Shown one piece after another: positions 23,937 through 35,300 of a stretch of 64,000 nucleotides of DNA. Source of the DNA: Phoronis australis. Lineage: Eukaryota; Animalia; Phoronida. The stretch lies in the NCBI GenBank assembly GCA_002633005.1, contig NMRA01000600.1, positions 62,001 to 126,000 of the forward strand, given 5' to 3'. Position numbers and translations under genes: made by a program. A model generated the notes under the pieces. The model was not told the origin of the DNA. It ran no database searches and was given only the letters and a program-made list of their open reading frames with translations. The stretch's first letter is position 1, and the number at the start of each line of letters is the position of its first letter.

Positions 23937-24983
23937 CTTTAACAGCAGAATAACGGTAGAATGCCAATTTTTCCAAAACCAGAGAATAATTCTATTTACT
24001 CAAATAAGTGTGTAGTTCACGACCACTGCCCACCTTCCCCCCACTCCCTTCCCAAATCAGTCCCCACTTCCCCCCACGTTCCCTTGCCCTGGTGATCCCC
24101 CGACCTATGCTGCTTTTTTATATGCATGTTATACTTGTTATCAGTCCACTAACAAGAGTAAACATGATAAATTCACTAATCCTCAATCATAGCATTTGTT
24201 TTTGAGTGAATACCAATCACAATTATCCTCACTGTGTTGATCAAGTGCAACAAACAAAAATCTACATTAAAATTTGCTATAATTTTTTTTGAAATTGATA
24301 CAAATTGATGTTTTTTGGATGCTGACCTCAGTCTAATAGACAAAATTATAGAAAGTAATAAAAGCAAGCTTCTAGCATCTTTTGAAGGCTATGTGGAACC
24401 CAGAATGTGTCCAGGTTAAATCTTCACCTCGGGGTATATTCCTTTTAAAGACACTTTCTGTCTATTATTCACTAGTTTAATACATGCCAATTGAAAATCT
24501 TTGCTTGCAACAAAGCTGTACACAGAACATGTATATTAAACACTCTTAACAATGTTCTTTACAACTGAAGATCCAAACTGGTCGCAAGTGCGGGAACTGT
24601 AAAAAAGTGTCATAAGCTCCCACTCCTTACAGATTATGTGTTTACTGAATGTGATTGGTTAATTTACTAGTTTATTCTGGAGTAAATTTTGGTGGCCATG
24701 GGTCTCCTGGCGTGATTACCACTGTATTTGAATACTTTTGTGTGTGAGCTGCAAGTCTTGTAAGTGGCCTCCAAGTGCGAAGTTCATGAAAACATGCTGT
24801 ATTCGGCAAAATAATAAGTTTGCGCATTAAATTTTAATGATAAATCCAAGTTCTACTCTGCAAATACTTAACGACAGATGATGATATTTATTTATCAAAA
24901 GTACACATGCTGCCAGAATACATAGCTGTGTAATACGCGGTAGCAAAATCATTCATCCTGTGTATTTTGCAGGATAGTTCAAC

Positions 24984-25211
24984 ATGCTGCGACGTAAGCC
25001 GACACGTATTGAACTTAAGCACGAAGACCTTGAAGAATATGAAGCAATAAAGAAGGAACGCGAAGCCAAGCGCTTGGTGCAGGAGCAACAGTCGGACAGC
25101 CCGTTGACGCAGTTGAGCGAGCAGAAAACACGGACGCAGATAATCCACGAACGCATTGGCTATGACCCGTCTCCCATTGTGAACACGTCTTCAAGACTTA
25201 TGCCACACTAA
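24984..25211 (+). CDS. CDC26: Anaphase-promoting complex subunit CDC26, 75 aa, single coding exon
   Basis: MLRRKPTRIELKHEDLEEYEAIKKE is the CDC26 N-terminal signature, with C-terminal IHERIGY. The acceptor ttttgcag ends at 24972, 11 nt before the ATG. Confidence 0.95.
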   Translation: MLRRKPTRIELKHEDLEEYEAIKKEREAKRLVQEQQSDSPLTQLSEQKTRTQIIHERIGYDPSPIVNTSSRLMPH

Positions 25212-26603
25212 GTGTGCTGTGTTGTGGAGGCAAAATGATGGGAGTTTCGCTTCCTTCAGTCAATGGGTCATTAATGGAAGTCAAAATCACGCTGTAAGGT
25301 TCCACGATCAGTTCACCTCCACTCATTCAACTGCATGCTCTGAAGTAAACTAATGATGGGTGATAACCTGTGGGATTAGGTTTGAAGCTCAGCTTATGAA
25401 AACAAGTTGCCTTCGCCTAGGAACAGTGATTTCTGGACGCCATTTTTGGTGAGCATTGCTCTAATATGGGAATTGGTTCAGCAGCACATGGGAAAGGCTC
25501 CAATGTGACGGGATTGTTTCACCGTATGAATTTGGAACTCTCTGCACACTCCTCCATTTGGCCAACAGAAGTGTATATGGTAGCAAATCAAATGACTGGA
25601 ATCTTGCATGCTGTATGTGAACGTTGGTGTAGTGGAGTACTTGCTTACACAGTGTTATTTGTCTTGCGAATTGTTCTGTCCATAAAGTTCCCTTAGACAA
25701 ACACTCAAAAATGTTATTTGATATGCTCCGAGTCTAATACTCTTGTGACAAATATAGATATGAGCAGTGAAAGAATAGCGTGGCCTTTTGTATCACACTG
25801 GAAGTTGTCTGTCTGTTGGTCTCTCTTATGTAGCACCATGTTATGCATTGTCTTTAAAATGTTCCACTTTTGCATTAGGGTTAGGGGCATCCAAAAAGTA
25901 GGACTTTATGTAATTTTCTTGAAAAATCTTCAAAGTTGCATTAAACGAATTCAAAATGAAATATCTTTGAAAATTGTTACAGCATATTCAATAACTCACC
26001 CAGATGAACATTTATATGAAATGAAATTTGATCACGTGACTTATATTGTTTTACTACCCAGGTACATGTCAGTCACATCCAGTTCACGTGATGGGAAGAA
26101 ACGTAGCGTTCATATGGCGAAATGCCGCTTTAATAGTTTTCTTCATTATTCAGCACTATTTTATCCGTGCAGATTTGTAACGCCACTGACACGTAGAAAG
26201 TGTATGAGACTTCTTTCCCACTTTTGCCCCGGGTTCAGCTGATGTGACCGTCACAAGCCTACATCAGACGAATCGTTGTGAGTCGGAATGTTTTGCACGG
26301 TATGTGAACACCTTTTTATCGAAAGGTTCCATCAGTGATTGGATAAAGACGAGGAACACTGGTGAACCAGAATTTATTTCGACTGGTGTCCTGTGGACGA
26401 ACACAGTGCTGCTGTCAATCGCTAGTTGCTACCAGCTGAGTGAGTCATTGTTGACCTCTTGTTTAGTGGACACACAGAACATATCCAGCGTGTTGAAAAC
26501 TTAAACTGTGATACAAGTATCAAAAGGTTCCAGGTATTTGTAATTGACCTACCGCAAGCTCCGCCCCTTGCCTAAGTTGACAAACCAACAAAAGGTTTTA
26601 CCC

Positions 26604-27482
26604 CATAGGCAGATTTAGGGGGGGGGCCCGGGCCCCCCCCCCCCCTTGGCTGCCGCAAAAAATGAAACAGTAAGAGCGTAGGGAAATATATGTTGAGTTT
26701 ATTAATTAACCCCGGTAATTAAAAGTATACGGATGAAAAAAGATTTAAATGTGTGCAGTTTTAGTGTTGGGGGGGGCTCAAATCCAATTTCAAGTGTCAA
26801 ATTCGGAACACGGCGCATTCGTAACGGAACTATGGCTAAGTATAGGCTCTCCCGCGATATCCCAAGCGACCGGCAGTGGCGCTGCGCACTACGACTCAGT
26901 TTCCGTCGTCTGCTCCACTGTGCAATGAAGAAAATTTACTTCATTTTTTAAAGTAAATGGAACCTGAGTGACGATGAAAAAACAGAAGCTGCTGGTAAGA
27001 TGGGAATTTTAATAGAAGCCTTAGTGAATCACTCAGAAACTCGCAATACTCTCTTTGTCAAACCTTATGTTAAGACGATTTCCAAAGCAATCCCCGGTCA
27101 CTATTGCCAAGACGAATAACGGATTTGGTCTTTTGGGCATTTTAAGACTATTTTAAATACGACAAATTTGTTAAGAATCGATGGCACAAAACGTGTAATA
27201 AGCATTACAAAAAGAAGTAGGTCGTGAGTTCGAGTCTTCGGTACTTGTAAGTTTTCCTGTTTGACACTTTCTCCGTGATTTTTTTTTTTTGCCTTTTTTT
27301 CTTGGTTAATACTTCAGGAATCAAGGAAAATACTTGATTTTTAGAGGTCAAAACAGAAAAATTTCCTGGGCGGGAGGGGGGCAAACCCATCGCATCTACA
27401 ATCGTGGTTCAGATTGCGCAAATGTTTACAGCCGGACAAAATGTTGCCCCCCCCCCCTTGTGATATCCTAGATCCGCCACTG
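26604..27482. mobile_element. hAT-like non-autonomous element with 5-bp TSD (TACCC); copy 1 of the family also at 62276-63268
   Basis: Termini cataggcagattt...agatccgccactg; taccc at 26599-26603 and 27483-27487; collinear with copy 2. Confidence 0.85.
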
Positions 27483-27620
27483 TACCCAGCGACGTGTTGT
27501 TTGTCGGGTAAAATGGCGGCTTGGAAACAAGGGTGTGTCAAGAACGACGAGTTCTAAGTGGTCAGTTAAGGCGTCACTCTAAATCCTGGCGAAAGGTTAA
27601 TTAAAAGTACTTTTGTATTC

Positions 27621-27638
27621 TGCCACTAGGTGGCACTG
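27621..27638 (+). promoter_or_regulatory. Strong CTCF-consensus-like motif (TGCCACTAGGTGGCACTG) between CDC26 and the MAM gene
   Basis: Matches the CCASYAGRKGGCRS consensus; YY1-like AAAATGGCGGC nearby at ~27510. Confidence 0.45.
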
Positions 27639-29335
27639 CGATTGAAAAAGTTCACTGCCATTTTGCTCTTTAATTTCTGTAGATGATGGGCATGCATTTG
27701 TCCAAATACCAGAGACAAGGTATGTGGTCCATAATGACGTATATACAGCGACTCTCAATTACTAGTGTCGTGGCGACCAACAACTGTATGTAAAGTAAAC
27801 TTCTTGAAAAATAATGAAATATTGGAAACCTTCAATTTATTCATAGGAGTTGTGTCGTTCATGGAAAAATGTGCGATATTTTTATAGTTGTCATGGCAAC
27901 GAATTGGGATTTTAGTGTCCCAGCAATTAAAACTGTTTTTATACTTGCAGGCTGATAAAGTTTCATTAAATACATGTAGCGTTGGTCATACCTATAGCGC
28001 CCTCTGTCCAATGAAGTCATGTCAAACAACCACATTATGCCTTTGCCTACACGTGCCGCCATAATTTTCTATTGATGTGTTCAGACATAATTGGAAAGCA
28101 GCAGAAACGCCAAAAGGTGAGTTTGGTATTTTTCCTGCTTTGTTCATACGCCGACGGGAACTTGATGTCATGTACTTTTTGGTTTGATTTCCGCAGTGTG
28201 CCTTGCAATGCTAGTATGGCCCCTAAGTTATTGTACTTACCGCATTCGTATATACATTGTACATGTACATTGACCATTTTGGTTGCCTCACTTGGCGTGA
28301 CACGCTCAATGAATAATCTAGCGGTTCATACTTAACACCAGTATTGAGTTATCCAAGACTTTGTCCAAATGAGCTTAACGCTTATCATCAGATCGCTAAC
28401 CCGGCATTTTCATATCTCCTGCACTTAAATCGACAGCCGGCCACGCCGAGTATTTTCTTTTCACTTCCGGGGCACTCTGAGTTTTGTTGGTAAGTACTGC
28501 CCGATCCATACTCTGGCCTTTTTGAGTAGCGCGCGCACACTGCCCGGTTTAACAGAACACAGGCGAATCTCAGTTTATTCCAAATAAGGCTAGTGTTCAA
28601 AGTTTTGCGACAGATTCAGTAAAATCAACTCTGACAAATGACTATTCAAGTGTTCATAAAAATAATGCGTCGCAATCCCATTCCACACGTTTTTATCGTA
28701 GATGATCCCATGTTGGCTTACGGCTATCGAGCGACGCACACCACTGACACAATATTCCCAGAATGCATTTGCTTAAAAGAGAATGCTAACCCGGCGTGTT
28801 ATGGCGTGTTCAACCAACCTTTCACTTGGTATTGTATTATTGGCGTCAATCTCGAAAGATAAAAGCCAAAATATACTAAATGCTCGTACTACCTATCTCA
28901 CAAACTGGATATTAATAATGGTTTCTGGTGGGTGGGCTTATCCCACACTTGTCGAGTACATATACGTACTAAGCGGGGTTGATCACGCTTGCCCGTTTAG
29001 CAGACTTGGGAAGACCAGTTTTCAAATTTTCCTCCAAACTGTTGAGTGTTGACGAGGGTCACGCATTATTTTGTTTCAGAGAACTGGATACGAAACTCGT
29101 TGTTAGCATCTGTTATAGCCACGTTTGACCAACACCGGGTTTGCGTGGTTGTGGCACAGCTATTGTCTGTTGATACGCGTTATCACCACTACCAAGTAAT
29201 TACATCTATTTCTGAAACTAATCCCCTTAGTTATATGGTGACGATTTCACATCACTGGTCTGTGAAATACGTCCAGGCCTGACGGGATCAGCTAGGGTCC
29301 ATATCCATAACAGCCTGGCTCTCAAATTGCAAATC

Positions 29336-29381
29336 ATGGCTGCCACGAGTACTTTCCCCTCGATGGTGATGCTGGTGACAG
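29336..29381 (+). CDS. MAM gene exon 1 (signal peptide MAATSTFPSMVMLVT)
   Basis: aaatcATGG start context; the phase-1 donor CAG|GTAACG matches the phase-1 start of exon 2. Confidence 0.65.
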
Positions 29382-32300
29382 GTAACGAGTGTTATAGTAC
29401 ACTCCATCTGAACACAGGTGGAAATTACTTAGCCTAAAAATGACATTAAAAAGTATGTGAAAGCAGTATGTTTACGTAGTTTACGTTTCTGACTCGGTTT
29501 GATCATGTACTGCCTGTGTCGGGCTCTTGCCGGATTGAGCTTGTAATAATTTCTATCAACTTTCTCAAACTTGACTCGATCGTTCATGAATACCCGCAGC
29601 TAAACTCTTTCGAAATTCAATATATTTTAGGAGAACGACCGTTCTATTGGCTCTTAACGCGCATATCATAGTTTTAGGCTAGAAATTCCGCCTCCGTTGG
29701 CCATTTCGGATAGCAGTCGGAAAATGTATTAATTAATAATAAAATTCACCGGGTTCCGATGCTTCATAAAAACGTTGAGAAATTCTGAGTAAACGTTGGT
29801 TTGGCGTCGTTTTTTACCCCGGGAGCTTTCCTGGAGTCACGTACTGGGCCAAATTTGGAAACGATCGTTTCATTCTGTGACAGGAACCAACCCAGCTCAA
29901 CAAGAAATTTAATGTTGCTGGTCTGAAGGAATGTCGACCAAGTGCAGATATTATTTCTCGGCAGAACTAATCAAGAACAACATGAGTTCGCTTTTATCAC
30001 AGTTGGGACTAGTGGCCAAAATCAAAAGTTATTTCCCCTGAGTGGAAAGGGTGGTATTATTGCAAATGAATTGACATTTCAGTTGTGTATGCTGCGACAT
30101 CTGGCGACATCGTTTGTAATTTTGAAGACGGTGGCCTGTGTGGACAAGATGGATTGAAGTGGTCAAGTAATTGGATGGTCTCCATAGCTGAGCAAACAAG
30201 TCGGAAAAACGCTGCTTCTGTCGACCACACGTTGGGAACCCCAAAAGGTAAATCTTTTGAATCCTTCGTTTTCAACAGAATACCACATACATCTATATAG
30301 GGTAGGCCTACACTCCAATTAAGTGCTTTTACAAACCAGCGTTCCGTTCGAAGAAACGAAAATTTGTCATAGACTACTTACCAACATCAACCATATTCCT
30401 TACTCAATGAGAGGTGGGTTTGCGTAGAACTGGCTGTTCGTTCATCCTCAGACCAAAATGCTACAAAGTGACGAGCCAGCGTGCAGAGACGAATCTTAGG
30501 CAATGACAGATTAGCGGTTCGGCCTGCAAGCCCTGAAATCACCTTCTGTTTGACTTGAGATCGTTTTCAAAACTGCACGTAAGCTGAAAACATTTTTGAT
30601 ATGAAAAGCGGGTTTATAGCCATTTAGTCTACTATCTCAAAAACTAACCTGAATGTAACACATTTGTTTTAAATAGGCTAGTTGGCTTGAGAAAGGCGCG
30701 TGTTCACACTAGGGTCGACTAACCTGCTAACGGCAGCTTGAGGGATGTCAAACTAACATGACAGCTAGTGGGCCTAAACTGTGCTACATAGATGAGTTGT
30801 CAATGAGACAGTTTTGAAGTCATTTTACTCGAAGTTCCTCTCCATCTCGAACCTTGGACGCATAATTTTGTGGCCATAATCTCGCCTGTGCGACTATATA
30901 TAGTCTAACCTTTCCTAACGAGAACGACCCCAAATCCAGAACTCACGAATCAACAGGACCGCGGTTTCAGGCTACCATTAGCGTACAGGCGACGCTCGTT
31001 TGTACAGTACTAAGGGTAGGCATTTCAGCTGTAGGCCTACAGAACGGCGATCAGATCCCGTAAAGATGCATACAAAATGATTCCATTCTTACTGAGTCCT
31101 TGTTTTGCTAAGGAAAACTGTTTTTGAAGCTGGTAAAATACTATCCAGCCAAAATCTTTGGGTCATTCTCCTCCTGCAAAGCTTGAAGGTGTAGTTCAGT
31201 ACTCCCCCCTACTGCTCAACCGCCAACGTTCATCAAACTTGGTACGGTATGTAATCAAGAGAAGAGGAGGCAGTGTCACACTGCTAAACCCTTGAGCCAG
31301 GTCTCTAGCTCCTCAGCTCGGTTTTAACCACATATTAATAAAGCATAAAAATATTTCCAGGTGATCAGTATAATGGGCCTACATGCGAGGTCTGCGCACG
31401 TCTGGCACAACGTGTATAAGACCGCCTGCAATTATTATTATTTTTATAATCATGAGCGCATTCTGCACACCGTTTCTCAGAAAATCAATCCCCTTTGCAG
31501 TGTTTTAGCCAGCTAACGGGGAAGACTCTTTTCTTGTGAAACATTGCACAGGTGTATCTAAAAAACAAGATACGGGGTTTTGAAAATTTAGGTCGCCCAA
31601 TAGAGGATCTTATTGTGTCATGTAAAAGTGGGCACAATTTGGGCGCGAGTACTGATACAAACTTTCTCGATTCCTGAAGTGTGAGGACTTCGACTTCCAC
31701 ACAACCTCCAGTTGTAAAATGCTAAGGCAGTCAAATCCCGTGCATTTTTGATCTCCAGCAGGCTCTAACCCTCCCCCCCCCCTCCCATTAATTTGCCGAC
31801 AAATAGCTGCTTTCACCGTGGGATGTCAAATTTCGTAAGAAATCTATAGCCCCGTTTTCCCGGCACAATTTTCATCAACCACCTCGTGTCCTAACGATAT
31901 TTGAACGGACCGTGGCACTTGTAAATTTCACTGGGGATATAACGCCTTCTGTGGAAGAACTCTCTCCCTCTTTCCAGATGCCTTATGGGTATCGTAGTAA
32001 GGAGTGACGAAACAGCATGGCAACACCCACGAGCATTGACTGCTAGACATAACACTGCGATCCAAGATCGGGATTTGTCATTTTTTTTCTTTCTCAACAG
32101 GCCACTATCTGTACCTTGCATCATCTAACACTTCCGGAGACTCGATATCAACCCCGAAGCTAAAACACAGTACAAACTCGAAGTGCGTTGAATTCTACTA
32201 CTTCACGAACGGAACAGATTTCATGCACCTGGCCGTGTCTGTGCTCTCTGACACCATTAACAAAACTTGGGTAGTGACACCGCTATATGAAAGATGGCGA

Positions 32301-35300
32301 CAAGAGCTCTTCCGGTTGCCCCAGGGTTCTGTTAAACTTGTCATTAAGACAACAGCGGCGCTAAAAAGTGCGTTTATTGCCATTGATGACTTCCGTCTCA
32401 GTGACTGCAATGACAGCAGTCCATCGACTGATGACGAGCTGTTTTTGTGCGACTTCGAGAAGGACGCATATTGCGGGTTTAAGAACGATCGCTGGAACGC
32501 ACTGCAGTGGAACCGAACTGAAGCTAAATTTGCATTCACGACAGATGAGCGGAGACCAGCAGTAGACCATACAACCAACACTTCAAAAGGTAAGCTTTGA
32601 TTCATAACCAACTTACACTAGATGATCAATGCATGTCGTCTATGAGTGTAATTTTTGTGTTGTACTGGATTCGATGATATTTGGCGAAGACAGAAACGAC
32701 ACAAATAGATCTCCACAAAAAGTATTAACATTAAAAACCTTTATCCTAGAACATGTGCTCAGTGCATCCAGTGTAACTGACCTTCAAACCGTACACAGTA
32801 ATTAAACTTGTAGTCGGTAGATACATACATGTATATGGTTCAGTGTGCCGACAGTATAATTTTAAACATCAAGTGTAAATTGTGACACAATCAGGTTGGC
32901 ACAAACAATAGTCATCAAAAAGAAAAAGGATCTTATTTTGGATTCAGTGCTGTTTTACTATATACAAGGCGTCATGAATACTCAGTGCTTTAAGCAATGA
33001 TGTTTCAGTAGCTATAAATGGTTTGAATTAAACCATTGAGTGTATTGTGACCTAGCATAGCACTGGTTCGACTGAAACTATTGAGTACATTGTGTTTTGA
33101 CCAAGCGTACTACTGATTCGACTGAAACCACAGGTATAACTGTGCTTTTTTCGTTGTGTCCATAGTTAAAACTTTCGAAATTAGCGATGATGCTATTAAT
33201 GATAACGACTGCAATAACATTAGTTTTGCCCTGAAATCTTTTATCAATCTAGGTCATTATCTGTACGTGGAATCGCGCCAGGAGGAGAGTGAAGAGGAAG
33301 ACGGCCGGCTCTCCGGTAAAACCATAAACGTCCCTGACCTTGAGGAAGGCACTGTCTACTGCATAGAGCTGTTCTACGCGTCTTACGGCACAGGTTCTCT
33401 TCGTATCTATAATGTCAGTGGTTCTGCAAAATCAACCCTCTACAACGACGACGTGGGTAATCGCACGTTGAAGGACAGCGATGCACGATGGGAACGGCTT
33501 GTCCTTCCGCTAAGGCCGGGGCAGTTTGGTATGGTGGTATCGGCAGTTACGGCGAAGAACCGAGGAACGCTGGGCGTGGCGATTGATGACGTTCGCGTAT
33601 ACAACTGTTCTCTGAAAAAGCCTCATACTCCTCCAACGAGGTATGTATGATGGTGAAACAAATCATATTCTGCGCTGCGTCGAAACAAACCTATTTTGTA
33701 CGCATAAATATATACTTCGTTAGACCACTTACCTTTATTAAATTGGTCCTTATGCGAAATTGTCCTCAAACTGGAGATGATTTCAGTACTTCAATAGAAT
33801 CGACAGGCTGTTTTTTGTTCACTGTCGACGTTAGGCTTACGGTGTGATCCGAATTTTTTTATCTTGGTCTGGAAAAATATGAAGCTTTCAGCACATCACG
33901 ACCACAGAAACGAATATTACATTTACTAAGGTACAAGAGAAGGCCGACTTTGTAACAATAACTGGCCCAATCCAAACTTGTTCTTCTCGCATGATGCACC
34001 CGGTTCAGTGCGGCTCTGAGGAATTCTGTTTAAGCTGACATGCAATATTCAACATATCAAAACCATAATACTATTAGACGTGGAAACGACGTAAAAGTCG
34101 AGGGACACTAGCCTAGTTTGGGTGGCAGCATTGACTACAGATAACGAGTACCTATGGTGGCAGTTAGCGCTAAGCTTTGGTCCGTGCCATTTTCATTATT
34201 TCTTTCTCGGGTTGTATATTTTGAAAGCAGGAAATACCACACAATCAATCGCCCCCATTACTGGGAGTCCCATTAGCGTACTTTTCAAAATATCCGATAG
34301 GCGCGTACTTATGCTTAGAGGTGGGCTCACCGACTTAGATTTCAAGACCTCCGAAAAGTAGGTTTGATCAAACCAAAATGTTTCAACAGCTTTTTGTCAG
34401 CAAACACTGAATTAGGATTCGCTCATACCGCCTCGGTGCCCGGTCAATTACTTTCATTTTATTGCCGGCATCAAAAGAAGGTAACGCAGTGGTTTATTCG
34501 TTGCTGGATTCTCAACATTCGCACTCTCGAATACTGCAAAGGCATTACAAATTGTATCTAATGAGACAGACTTTGTCTCAGTTTTATGTTAGCATTGGTT
34601 AGCATGAGAACAATTCGTTTTGAAACAGAACGCAGAAGAATAAACGTCTACGTGGCAACTCGCCCGACGCCAATCCCGACTTAGTCAAGAGCTCATCCCA
34701 CAATCGGACTTCACGCGTCGGATCATTAGGTTTCACGGGCTATCAGTTCGAACCGGAATACACTGACCAAGAAATACTAGAGAGACGCCGTGAACATGCA
34801 CAGGCAACGGAACATATGGATAGTTCTTTGATAAGACAGAATTCGGCAGAGAAATCACTGTCAACGAAATGTCGGCCGGCCACAGACATGGAGATGTTTC
34901 ACGGCCTCATACTTGCTCACAGCGTACCTTTCATTCACTACCGCGAGCCAATTCCTAAGCATGCCGGGCTCACGAGGAAGTCGAAAATAACAAAATACCC
35001 GCTTTCTTCGCCGCCTCTTAGTTCGAACAAGCGGGAACGATGCACCGCAACATAGAGGCATTCACTCTGCAGACGAACCAGTGACGTCGCTGCGTCGTTT
35101 CTCACCTTCCTCAGGGTTAACGCGACACCTTTCGGCAAGGTGAGGTCGACCGTATAAGAGGCGATGTCATGTAAACCGATTAAGACGGTAAAAAAGACTA
35201 CTTTAATCGGGTGGCATTCTCCTTTAATCGCCGTCCAGCAATTTGAAATAGCAAATCTATTGTTAAAGTTTTATGGACCGTTTTAATTTGGAATTGCCAA

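Noticed and set aside
25466-26504. ORFs of 76-174 aa downstream of CDC26
   Set aside because: No recognisable domain or splice structure; likely CDC26 3' UTR or intergenic sequence.
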